The notes beneath the pieces are model-generated. The model did no database searches. It saw nothing but the letters and a program-made list of their open reading frames with translations, and was not told the DNA's origin. Of a stretch of 64,000 nucleotides of DNA, positions 37,320 to 45,935 are shown one piece after another. Location of the stretch: positions 1,277 to 65,276 of the forward strand of contig JAGALA010000029.1 of NCBI GenBank assembly GCA_017625935.1, written 5' to 3'. The DNA comes from Clostridia bacterium. Its GTDB lineage: Bacteria > Bacillota > Clostridia > Oscillospirales > CAG-272. Position 1 is the first letter of the stretch, and every line of letters begins with the position of its first letter. The translations under genes were made by a program, and so were the position numbers.

Positions 37320-38012
37320 ATGAATTTTTCGGGCTTTCAAAGGCTAACATTGCTTGACTATCCCGGTAAGGTGGCTTGCACGCTTTTTACAAGCGGCTGC
37401 AATTTAAGATGCCCATTTTGCCACAACGCAAGCTTGGTTACGCACATAGATAACACCAATATATATAAAGAGGAAGAAATTCTTTCGTACCTAAAGAAGC
37501 GCCAAGGAATTTTGGAGGGCGTTTGCATCTCGGGTGGCGAGCCGCTGCTTCACGCAAAAATTGAGGACTTTATTTCCAAGGTCAAGGCGCTTGGCTACTC
37601 GGTTAAATTGGACACAAACGGTTTCTTTCCCGATAAGCTGATTTCGTTAGTCAACAAGGGGCTTATTGACTACGTTGCGGTGGACTTCAAAAACTGCTAC
37701 GAAAAATATGCTCTCACCGCGGGAGTTGAGAATTTGGACATTGCGCCTTTTATGAAAACAGTTGAATTTTTGCTTTCGGGCGCAGTTGATTACGAGTTTA
37801 GAACAACCGTTGTAGACGGACTGCACCAAACACAAGATATTGTAAATATCGCAAAAACCATCTCTGGCGCGCCGAGATACTTTTTACAGTCGTTTGTTGA
37901 CTCGGGTGATTTAATTGCGAGCGGCTTTTGTGCAATTTCACCCGAAAATATGAAAAAAATGGCGGATTTGGCAAGGGCTTTTGTGCCAAATACCGAAATT
38001 CGCGGAATTTAA
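37320..38012 (+). CDS. nrdG: Anaerobic ribonucleotide reductase activating protein (radical SAM)
   Basis: CNLRCPFCHN cluster motif and GGEPLL, adjacent to nrdD. Confidence 0.9.
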   Translation: MNFSGFQRLTLLDYPGKVACTLFTSGCNLRCPFCHNASLVTHIDNTNIYKEEEILSYLKKRQGILEGVCISGGEPLLHAKIEDFISKVKALGYSVKLDTNGFFPDKLISLVNKGLIDYVAVDFKNCYEKYALTAGVENLDIAPFMKTVEFLLSGAVDYEFRTTVVDGLHQTQDIVNIAKTISGAPRYFLQSFVDSGDLIASGFCAISPENMKKMADLARAFVPNTEIRGI

Positions 38013-38043
38013 CAAAAAACACAATATATTGTAAAAAATATAT

Positions 38044-38071
38044 TGACATAGCACTATATATGTGATATAAT
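38044..38071 (+). promoter_or_regulatory. Extended -10 promoter of nrdD
   Basis: TTGACA, a 16-nt spacer, then TGaTATAAT. An 11-bp inverted repeat spans it: ATGTGATATAA (38060-38070) and TTATATCACAT (38093-38103). Confidence 0.5.
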
Positions 38072-38264
38072 TGATTTCGACACCGGAATTGATTATATCA
38101 CATTTTGTCTTTTATGGGCGTGAGTGCCTGTAAATAAAGGACTTATGCGCCCGCGTCAATTCGTTGGGTGTTTTTTTGCGCCCTAAACGCATTTTTTGCA
38201 AATATGGGCAATACTACATATTGTGTTGAAAAAATATATGAAATTAAGAAAAGGAGAGAAAAAT

Positions 38265-40631
38265 ATGTATACTGTAATTAAACGTGACGGCAAGGTTGTT
38301 GATTTTAACATTAAGAAAATCAGCGACGCAATCAAGCAGGCGTTTGATGCTTGCCAAAAGAATTTTAACGATGATGTTATTGACTTCCTCGCACTCAAGG
38401 TTACTGCCGAGTTCGAGCCTAAAATAGAAAACGGAAAGATTTCCGTTGAAAATATTCAGGACGCGGTTGAGTCCGTTCTTATCAAGGCGGGCTACGACGA
38501 CGTTGCAAAGGCGTACATCATTTACCGCCGCCAAAGAGAAAAGATCCGTAACATCGGTGCGACAATGGTTGACTACAAGGCTATCATTGACAACTACCTC
38601 AACATTAACGACTGGCGCGTTAAGGAAAACTCAACCGTTACCTATTCCGTTGGCGGTCTTATCCTTTCAAACTCGGGCGCGGTAACGGCAAACTACTGGC
38701 TCTCTGAAATTTACGATGACGAAATCGGCAATGCACACCGTAACGCCGATATTCATATTCACGACCTTTCAATGCTCACAGGCTACTGCGCGGGCTGGTC
38801 ACTTAAGCAGCTTATCAAGGAGGGTCTTGGCGGCGTTGTAGGTAAGATTACCTCATCACCTGCATCACACCTTTCAACGCTTTGCAACCAGATGGTTAAC
38901 TTCCTCGGAATTATGCAAAACGAGTGGGCAGGCGCACAGGCGTTCTCCTCATTCGACACATACCTTGCTCCGTTTGTTAAGATTGATAACCTTTCATATA
39001 AAGAGGTTAAGCAGTGCATCCAATCCTTCGTTTACGGTGTAAACACACCTTCACGCTGGGGTACACAGGCGCCGTTCTCAAACATCACACTTGACTGGAC
39101 TGTTCCTAATGATCTTGCCGAGCTTAACTGTATCGTTGGCGGCAAGGAGGTTGACTTCAAGTACAAGGATTGTAAGCTTGAGATGGATATGGTAAACAAG
39201 GCGTTTATCGAAATTATGATTGAGGGTGACGCAAACGGACGCGGCTTCCAATACCCAATCCCAACCTACTCAATTACAAGCGACTTTGACTGGAGCGAGA
39301 CTGAAAACAACAAGCTCCTCTTTGAAATGACCGCTAAATACGGTACCCCATACTTCTCTAACTACATCAACAGCGATATGGAGCCGAGCGACGTTCGTTC
39401 AATGTGCTGCAGACTCCGTCTTGACCTCCGTGAGCTTCGCAAGAAGTCGGGCGGCTTCTTCGGCAGCGGTGAGTCAACAGGCTCAGTCGGCGTTGTTACA
39501 ATTAATATGCCGAGAATTGCCTACCTTGCAACAGATGAAGAAGATTTCTATGCGCGTCTTGACAGACTTATGGATATCTCCGCGCGCTCGCTTAAGGTTA
39601 AGCGTACAGTTATTACACGTCTTCTTGACAACGGTCTTTACCCATATACAAAGAGATACCTCGGCACGTTTGCAAACCACTTCTCAACCATCGGTCTTGT
39701 TGGTATGAACGAGGCTTGCTTGAACGCCAAGTGGATAAGACAGGACCTCACCGGTGAAAAGGCACAACAGTTTACAAAGGACGTACTCAACCATATGAGA
39801 GAAAAGCTCTCTGACTACCAAGAAAAGTACGGCGACCTTTACAACCTCGAGGCAACTCCTGCAGAGTCCACCTCATTCCGTCTTGCAAAGCACGACAAGA
39901 AGCATTACCCGGACATCATCACAGCCGCAAAGAGCGAGGACGACACACCGTACTATACAAACTCCTCACACCTCCCTGTTGGCTATACAGAGGACATCTT
40001 CACCGCGCTTGATATTCAAGACGAGCTTCAAACACTTTACACCTCAGGTACGGTATTCCACGCGTTCCTCGGAGAGAAGCTGCCAAGCTGGAAGGCGGCG
40101 GCTAACTTGGTAAGAAAGATTGCTGAAAACTACAAGCTTCCTTACTACACAATGTCCCCAACCTACTCTGTTTGTAAGAACCACGGCTACATCGCAGGCG
40201 AGCATTTCACCTGTCCCGAATGTAAGTCAAGAACAGAGGTTTACAGCCGTATCACAGGCTACTACCGCCCTGTTCAAAACTGGAACGACGGCAAGAGCCA
40301 GGAATACAAGGACCGTCTTGTTTACAACATTGAAAATTCACAGCTTAAAAAAGCGGACAAGCCCGTAGCCGAGGAAAAAGCCACCGATTGCAGCACAGGT
40401 CTTGAAAACGGTGCTTACCTCTTTACAACAGCTACCTGTCCTAACTGCAAAATAGCTTGCTCATTCCTTGACAAGGCAGGCATTAGCTATAATAAGCTTT
40501 TAGCCAACGAGAACAAGGAGCTTGTTGAGTCACTCGGCATCAAAGCCGCACCGACTCTCGTTATTTCTGAAAACGGCAACCTTTCCAAATACACAGGTGT
40601 TTCTGATATTAAGAAATACATCGGTGCATAA
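38265..40631 (+). CDS. nrdD: Class III (anaerobic) ribonucleoside-triphosphate reductase with N-terminal ATP-cone and a C-terminal fused glutaredoxin/NrdH-like domain
   Basis: ATP-cone MYTVIKRDGKVVDFNIKKI. SMCCRLRL is present. Zn-ribbon CKNHGYIAGEHFTCPEC. Glycyl-radical region SRITGYYRPVQNWNDGK. An extra 95 aa or so follows, with ATCPNCK...KAAPTLVI. ATG at 38265 has an AAGGAGAG RBS. Confidence 0.9.
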   Translation: MYTVIKRDGKVVDFNIKKISDAIKQAFDACQKNFNDDVIDFLALKVTAEFEPKIENGKISVENIQDAVESVLIKAGYDDVAKAYIIYRRQREKIRNIGATMVDYKAIIDNYLNINDWRVKENSTVTYSVGGLILSNSGAVTANYWLSEIYDDEIGNAHRNADIHIHDLSMLTGYCAGWSLKQLIKEGLGGVVGKITSSPASHLSTLCNQMVNFLGIMQNEWAGAQAFSSFDTYLAPFVKIDNLSYKEVKQCIQSFVYGVNTPSRWGTQAPFSNITLDWTVPNDLAELNCIVGGKEVDFKYKDCKLEMDMVNKAFIEIMIEGDANGRGFQYPIPTYSITSDFDWSETENNKLLFEMTAKYGTPYFSNYINSDMEPSDVRSMCCRLRLDLRELRKKSGGFFGSGESTGSVGVVTINMPRIAYLATDEEDFYARLDRLMDISARSLKVKRTVITRLLDNGLYPYTKRYLGTFANHFSTIGLVGMNEACLNAKWIRQDLTGEKAQQFTKDVLNHMREKLSDYQEKYGDLYNLEATPAESTSFRLAKHDKKHYPDIITAAKSEDDTPYYTNSSHLPVGYTEDIFTALDIQDELQTLYTSGTVFHAFLGEKLPSWKAAANLVRKIAENYKLPYYTMSPTYSVCKNHGYIAGEHFTCPECKSRTEVYSRITGYYRPVQNWNDGKSQEYKDRLVYNIENSQLKKADKPVAEEKATDCSTGLENGAYLFTTATCPNCKIACSFLDKAGISYNKLLANENKELVESLGIKAAPTLVISENGNLSKYTGVSDIKKYIGA

Positions 40632-40667
40632 TAAAGAGAGTCACATTAGTTCAAAACTCTACAAAAT

Positions 40668-40771
40668 AAGCCTTCTCCGGTGGGAGAAGGTGGCACGCCA
40701 AGCGTGACGGATGAGGTGTTTTTCTACTCATCCACCGCTAATGCGGTCCCCCTTCCCTGCTAGGGAAGGCT
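40668..40771. repeat. Family-B hairpin repeat (three-hairpin version) downstream of nrdD
   Basis: The three hairpins are CCTTCTCC-GGTG-GGAGAAGG, GGATGAG...CTCATCC and CCTTCCC-TGCT-AGGGAAGG. Confidence 0.65.
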
Positions 40772-40829
40772 TAATTATTCGTTTTGCTCAATTACGCCAT
40801 TAAGTGTGTAGATCTTAAAGGAGATTTTT

Positions 40830-41738
40830 ATGTTATACGATATTATCATCATCGGCGGCGGCCCTGCGGGTCTTACTGCCGCAGTTTATGCGCGCCGCGC
40901 AAATAAAACAGCCTTGGTAATCGAAAAGGGTACGTTTGGCGGACAAATCACATATTCGCCAAAGGTTGAAAATATCCCCGGCTTCCTTGCCCTCTCGGGT
41001 AATGAATTTGCCGAAAAAATGGTTGAACAGGCAATGGAGCAGGGTGCTGATATTGAGTGCGCCGAGGTTACAGAGGTTATCGATGGCGAGATTAAGACAG
41101 TTAAAACCGATTCGGGCGATTTTGAGGGAAAAAGCGTAATCGTGGCAACGGGTGCTAAGCACCGTATGCTCGGGCTTGAAAGGGAGGAGGAGTTTGTCGG
41201 CGAGGGCATTTCCTTCTGTGCCGTTTGTGACGGTGCGTTCTACGCAGGCAAAACGGTTGCCGTTATCGGTGGCGGAAACTCCGCGCTTCAAGAGGCGATT
41301 ATGCTTTCCGACCTATGCAAGAAGGTTTACGTTGTTCAAAACCTTGAGCGCTTAACGGGCGAACAAAGACTTCAAGAAATGCTTATGCAAAAGAGCAACG
41401 TTGAAATTATTCTCGGCACGACGGTTGAGTCCTTAATGGGCGAGGACTCGCTGAACGGAATTGTAATCAAAAAAGGCGAAAACCGCCAAACACTTTTAAT
41501 TGACGGAATGTTTGTGGCTATTGGTCTAATTCCTCAAAACGAGATTGTCGAGGATTTAATCACACTTAACCAATGGGGCTACGTTGATGCGGGCGAAAGC
41601 TGCATAACGAGCAAATCGGGCATTTTTGCCGCAGGTGACTGCCGCTCCAAGCGCATCCGCCAGGTTGCAACCGCATGTAGCGACGGCGCGGTTGCCGCTA
41701 TCGCCGCTTGCGACTACGTTGATTCTCTTAAACAATAG
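40830..41738 (+). CDS. trxB: Thioredoxin-reductase-like flavoprotein (low-Mr TrxB fold) lacking the NADPH HRR motif
   Basis: GGGPAGLTAA (FAD), redox CAVCDG and GGGNSALQEA are present. The position aligned to E. coli HRRD reads QNLE. C-terminal GDC...QVATACSDG. Confidence 0.85.
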   Translation: MLYDIIIIGGGPAGLTAAVYARRANKTALVIEKGTFGGQITYSPKVENIPGFLALSGNEFAEKMVEQAMEQGADIECAEVTEVIDGEIKTVKTDSGDFEGKSVIVATGAKHRMLGLEREEEFVGEGISFCAVCDGAFYAGKTVAVIGGGNSALQEAIMLSDLCKKVYVVQNLERLTGEQRLQEMLMQKSNVEIILGTTVESLMGEDSLNGIVIKKGENRQTLLIDGMFVAIGLIPQNEIVEDLITLNQWGYVDAGESCITSKSGIFAAGDCRSKRIRQVATACSDGAVAAIAACDYVDSLKQ

Positions 41739-41746
41739 CAAAAAAA

Positions 41747-41790
41747 CAACCACTCTTTGCCGAAAAAGCATTGAGTGGTTATTTTATTCT
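41747..41790. terminator. Bidirectional terminator between trxB and the convergent secreted-protein gene
   Basis: CAACCACTC ... GAGTGGTT with A-run and T-run flanks. Confidence 0.55.
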
Positions 41791-41837
41791 AATATGTCAA
41801 GCTCCGAAGCATCTATATTTTGAAGATGCGTATTTCA

Positions 41838-43514
41838 TTATGCGTTTTTCTCGTCGCTTGGGGTTAGTGCAACAATATCGTTATATGAAGCGAAGAAGTA
41901 TTTTTGTCCCTCGCTCGGCTTCTCTATTTGCAAATAAGTATAATTGGTTGCACCGTCCTTGGTTGTGCCAACGTACGCGCCCATTGCAAGCGAAATTTTC
42001 TTTTGCGCATCGGTAAAGCCCGTTATCTTGAGGTTAAAGAGCGTAAAGCCGCTGTCCGTGATATCTGCGGCAATAACACCCGCGAGTGCTTTGCCCTCGG
42101 AATCAAGAATATCGTTAGTTCCTATTTTCTCCGCCATAACCGCAAATACACCGTAATTAAGCTTTTTGCCTGTTGCGTTCTCGTATTCTTTAACCGCTTG
42201 CGCATTCACCTTATAGTTAACGGACATCATATTTCCGTACTGCGCCGCTGAGAAGCCCTTGTTTGTAAAGAGCGCAGGCGCTTCCGCCTTCACATCCTCA
42301 TTATCGCATCTTGAACACGAGCACGTATATACTCCCACGCGGTCAAAGCCGTCTTGATACGCAACATCAAGAATATTATTGAGATCCGCCGCGTGTCCCT
42401 TGGCAGGATTATCAATTGCATATTGCTCAACTACATTTGAAAAATCTTCAAAGCTTGTCAGTGTTTTGCCTGCATTTCTTGCTGCTTCAGCATATGCCTG
42501 TCTTCCTGCATTTTCGCAATCTGCGGTTTCGGTGATTGTAAATCTGGTTGTACCCTGTGAGTCTCCTGATATATAAATGCTCATAGATTTTTTAAACGTA
42601 CAGTCAATCATATTTACAAAAATTGCACCTGTATAGAGCCCGAGATTATCTTCAAAAATTACATTTTGAAGTATTGCTTCATTTCCCTCTCTTGCGTAGC
42701 TATCTCTCATGTAGCTGTCAATCTTAAGATAATAATCTGCAATTCTCGTATCCTTGATATATGAATTTGCGCTCATTGAAAGCCATTCGTGTTCGCCTGT
42801 TCCGTAAATAACGCAGTCCTCTATTGCAACATATGACTCTTTAAGAATTGAATTTCCTTGTCTCGTACCAAGAGCGCCGTATCTTCCTGCATGAACTCTT
42901 ACTATTGAATTTTTCGCAATTATATTGTTTCTAACGTCAATATCTGTACCAACAGAAGGGGAAAAGAAGATTCCCCATTCTCCCGTGTTGTATTGGTTAA
43001 GATACAAATCATTTAATTCAACTGTACCGCTATACACAACCACCGCAGGACCGTTTGATGCAAAATCCGGGGACTTTATTCCCTTTTCCTTGTTTGGATT
43101 TACAATTGCACCGTTCGATACCGTAATTGTTTCATCGGTCGGCTCGGTGTAATTAAACGGGTCAACGCTTGACGTGCCGTTTAGCACAAGCTTAGCATTA
43201 TACGATTTCAATAAAAATCCGTACGCTTGACCCGCGCTACCGCCACCGCTGTTGTTCATAAGCACGTAGCCGTTAAAGTTAATTGTAAGCGTGATGTCCT
43301 TATCAATTATAACCGCGGATGCTTGATTTGGAATTAAAATATCCCCTGCTAAATCCACCGTGATTTCATCACCCGGCATTGAATTGGAAATCGCCGCTTT
43401 AATGTCGCTTAGGTCATCTGCTTCAATTGTTGTGTTTGCCGCACTTGCACCAACTGCAAAAATGCAAACAAGCATAACAACCGTTGAAGCTAACAATAAA
43501 AGCTTCTTTTTCAT
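41838..43514 (-). CDS. Secreted protein of unknown function (possible beta-helix-like region)
   Basis: ATG at 43514 with a GGAGGA RBS. Signal peptide MKKKLLLLASTVVMLVCIFAVGASA. No catalytic motif recognised. Confidence 0.7.
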   Translation of the reverse strand: MKKKLLLLASTVVMLVCIFAVGASAANTTIEADDLSDIKAAISNSMPGDEITVDLAGDILIPNQASAVIIDKDITLTINFNGYVLMNNSGGGSAGQAYGFLLKSYNAKLVLNGTSSVDPFNYTEPTDETITVSNGAIVNPNKEKGIKSPDFASNGPAVVVYSGTVELNDLYLNQYNTGEWGIFFSPSVGTDIDVRNNIIAKNSIVRVHAGRYGALGTRQGNSILKESYVAIEDCVIYGTGEHEWLSMSANSYIKDTRIADYYLKIDSYMRDSYAREGNEAILQNVIFEDNLGLYTGAIFVNMIDCTFKKSMSIYISGDSQGTTRFTITETADCENAGRQAYAEAARNAGKTLTSFEDFSNVVEQYAIDNPAKGHAADLNNILDVAYQDGFDRVGVYTCSCSRCDNEDVKAEAPALFTNKGFSAAQYGNMMSVNYKVNAQAVKEYENATGKKLNYGVFAVMAEKIGTNDILDSEGKALAGVIAADITDSGFTLFNLKITGFTDAQKKISLAMGAYVGTTKDGATNYTYLQIEKPSEGQKYFFASYNDIVALTPSDEKNA

Positions 43515-43665
43515 AATCTCTCCTCCATATTTTCGTATTATTTGCTTGTAAACTGTTATATAATTATTATATATCATACAAGCTTATAAAGTCAAGGGGG
43601 ATTTCACAGCCATTTGCCACCGCTTCATTTTTTCTCTGTTTTTTGAATAAATATTTCTTAGTTTA

Positions 43666-43694
43666 TTGAAATGCCGAATTATATGTGATATAAT
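43666..43694 (+). promoter_or_regulatory. Extended -10 promoter
   Basis: TTGAAA, a 17-nt spacer, then TGaTATAAT. It is embedded in the palindrome AATTATAT-GTG-ATATAATT. Confidence 0.5.
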
Positions 43695-43733
43695 TTAATA
43701 AATCGAATTTTGTCAAAGAAGGGGGTTGCTTTT

Positions 43734-44303
43734 ATGTTACCTAACGACTTAAAGAAAAATCAAACACGCACGATAATTGTTTCCTGCATCACTCTTGTTA
43801 TCGGAGTTTTGTTCTGCTGCTCTCTTACGTTTGCTGACGGGCTCAGCTGGCTCATTGGCGGTTCTCTCTGCTTTGCAGGTGTTTTGTGCGTTATCAATTC
43901 TATAATTCAAGCAAAATCGCTCCTTACCCTCGACGGTATTTTGGGCGCGGTTTCTACTGCTTTCGGCATTATGTTTATTATAAAGCAGCTTGCGCAGGTG
44001 CTCCTTGATTTTGTGCCGTACCTTATGATTGCAATCGGTCTTATTATGATTGTTGAGGCATTCCTTGCAAGGTTTGCAAGATACAACTCGCTTGCGGTTT
44101 TCATAATCGCGCTTATCGTTGGCACATCATTTACCGCGCTTGGCTTCTGCCTTATGTTTATCAAATCCTGGGCAAGAGTTGCCGCACTTATTTTCGGCGT
44201 TATTTTAATTGTGGTTTCGCTTTACGCCATTATCACAACATTGCTTGCAAAGAAAAACGCACGCAACGAAAGACGCCCAAGCGACCATCCAATGTTAAAG
44301 TAA
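43734..44303 (+). CDS. Polytopic membrane protein (HdeD/DUF308-like)
   Basis: ATG at 43734 after GAAGGGGG. Six hydrophobic segments or so, 189 aa. Confidence 0.6.
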   Translation: MLPNDLKKNQTRTIIVSCITLVIGVLFCCSLTFADGLSWLIGGSLCFAGVLCVINSIIQAKSLLTLDGILGAVSTAFGIMFIIKQLAQVLLDFVPYLMIAIGLIMIVEAFLARFARYNSLAVFIIALIVGTSFTALGFCLMFIKSWARVAALIFGVILIVVSLYAIITTLLAKKNARNERRPSDHPMLK

Positions 44304-44312
44304 AAACAAAGC

Positions 44313-44347
44313 ACCCTGTGTCTGAAATTGACACAGGGTTTTCTTTT
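44313..44347 (+). terminator. Intrinsic terminator
   Basis: ACCCTGTGTC-TGAAATT-GACACAGGGT followed by TTTTCTTTT. Confidence 0.7.
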
Positions 44348-44372
44348 AAAAAGGATTTATTTCGCAATCTTT

Positions 44373-44699
44373 GAAACGGGACGTCGTGGGCGCCGTCGCA
44401 AACGGGTCGTCGAGGACACGGGGTTCCCCGAACCGAAGTATGAGGTTTGGGGGTTCTCGGACACCGACCCCTACAATTATTTATCGTTTGCCCGTAGGGG
44501 CAACCATTGGTCGTCCGTCGTGAAATAATATACACCTTGTAGGGGAGGGGCTTGCTCCTCCCGCTTTGTTGAGTGCGTACCATGAAATCGGCGGGAGACA
44601 AGCCCCCGCCCTACGGATAAATCAATGTGCGGCGTTGTATATCATCAACGCATAGTGTTGTATGGATTCAACCGAATGAGGGGGGACGTGTCTGTTTTT
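44373..44699. repeat. Family-A modular intergenic repeat, copy R2
   Basis: It contains the 49-nt module (44417-44465) and the hairpin CCCCTAC...GTAGGGG. It also has GTAGGGGAGGGGCTTGCTCCTCCC, two TATATCAT-linked mini-hairpins and a terminal GGGGGACGTGTCTGTTTTT. Confidence 0.75.
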
Positions 44700-44706
44700 A
44701 CATCTT

Positions 44707-45027
44707 TTAGCCCTTGATGCGGTGTCCTCTTTTTGCTTTGATTTTTGAATATACTATCGGATTTGCCGCTATACTTACCGCGCCTATTACAATAAAGATA
44801 ATTCCCGATATCTCGTGTGGGATAAAAAGCATAAGTACGCCAAGTGCTAACGGAACTATCAAAACGGGGTTAACTGTCATTATTCCAAAGGCGATGCTCA
44901 AGCAAATTATCGCAATTCCAATGCCTATTGATACTCCCTTTGGCAAAATCACCATACAAATTCCAAGAAGAATCAGCGCGAAAAATACTCCGCCGACTAT
45001 CCAAGCTATTAGTTTTTTAATTTTCAT
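44707..45027 (-). CDS. Small (106 aa) membrane protein
   Basis: ATG at 45027 with an AAGGAGGA RBS. Three hydrophobic segments. Divergent from the TetR gene. Confidence 0.6.
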   Translation of the reverse strand: MKIKKLIAWIVGGVFFALILLGICMVILPKGVSIGIGIAIICLSIAFGIMTVNPVLIVPLALGVLMLFIPHEISGIIFIVIGAVSIAANPIVYSKIKAKRGHRIKG

Positions 45028-45148
45028 TTTATCCTCCTTTAATTTTATTAAAGCAACACTTGTTCTTTTAATGCATTTATAGTATAATATATTTAAGGAT
45101 AAAAAACAACCATCAATAACGCCACACGTGTTGGAATAAAGGAGAAAA

Positions 45149-45685
45149 ATGAACACAAAGAACAATAAACGACGTCAGGCATCGCAGGAAAAAATACGCT
45201 CCGTCTTTTTCGACCTGCTTGGAAAAAAGGAGCTTGTGAAAATTAAGGTTTCCGAAATTTGCTCGCTTGCCGGCATAAACCGCAGCACGTTCTACGCAAA
45301 TTATTTAGACATTTACGACCTTGCGGACAAGATTTGTATTGATTTGCAAAACGAGGTTACAGATATTTTCGGATTACATCCCGACCTTGCAGACAGCGAA
45401 GCAAGCTTTTTGGAGCTGTTTCATCATATCAAGGAAAACAGGCAGTATTATTCCCTTTGCTTCAAGCTCGGCTTTGAGGGGCGCGCGTTAAGAACCAATG
45501 CAATTGACATATCAAACTCGCGCGAATATGCTTTTGTTGATTACCGCTTGATATTTTTCCAAAGCGGCTTCAACGCAATTGTCAAGGCGTGGCTCGAAAA
45601 CGGATGCAAGGAAACGCCCGAGGAGATGTGCGCTGTTCTCTTGCACGAATACAGGGGCAGACGTGCAAAGCCGATTTCAAAATAA
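45149..45685 (+). CDS. TetR/AcrR-family transcriptional regulator
   Basis: N-terminal HTH segment VSEICSLAGINRSTFYANY, 178 aa. Confidence 0.85.
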   Translation: MNTKNNKRRQASQEKIRSVFFDLLGKKELVKIKVSEICSLAGINRSTFYANYLDIYDLADKICIDLQNEVTDIFGLHPDLADSEASFLELFHHIKENRQYYSLCFKLGFEGRALRTNAIDISNSREYAFVDYRLIFFQSGFNAIVKAWLENGCKETPEEMCAVLLHEYRGRRAKPISK

Positions 45686-45692
45686 CAAACAT

Positions 45693-45868
45693 CTTGTAGG
45701 GGAGGATATTATCCTCCCACTTTGTTGGGTGCGTGCCGATCGAAACGGGACGTCGTGGGCGCGTCGCAAACGGGTCGTCGAGGACGTCGACCCCTACAAT
45801 TATTTGTCGTTTGCCCGTAGGGTAAAATCAACGTGCGGTGTTGTATATCATCAACCGTGGGTTATATC
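45693..45868. repeat. Family-A modular intergenic repeat, copy R3 (modules in a different order)
   Basis: In order it carries CTTGTAGGGGAGGATATTATCCTCCC, GAAACGGGACGTCGTGGGCGC-GTCGCAAACGGGTCGTCGAGGAC, CCCCTAC...GTAGGG and TATATCAT mini-hairpins. Confidence 0.75.
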
Positions 45869-45872
45869 AAAA

Positions 45873-45908
45873 AGGGACACTAAACTTGTTAGCGTCCCTA
45901 TTTTTTGG
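45873..45908. terminator. Weak bidirectional terminator-like hairpin
   Basis: AGGGAC-N15-GTCCCT with an A-run before and TATTTTTT after. It lies downstream of the FDP gene stop on the minus strand. Confidence 0.35.
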
Positions 45909-45935
45909 TTGTGGTTATGCCTTAATGTGTCAGCC

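Noticed and set aside
38051-38104. Possible NrdR boxes in the nrdD promoter: GCACTATATATGTGAT, plus a second AT-rich site near 38089-38104.
   Set aside because: The arms CAC/GTG are separated by 7 nt rather than 8, and the second site matches the ACACTATATATAGTGT-type consensus poorly. The centre-to-centre spacing of about 37 nt is not the usual 31-32. Much of the similarity is explained by an extended -10 element that also occurs at 43680-43695. I keep it only as an untested possibility.
44233-44601. ORFs 44233-44601(-) and 44328-44528(+), and ORF 45579-46208(+).
   Set aside because: They are translations of family-A repeats R2 and R3. The last of them also runs antisense into the flavodiiron gene. 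None has an RBS or coding-like composition.
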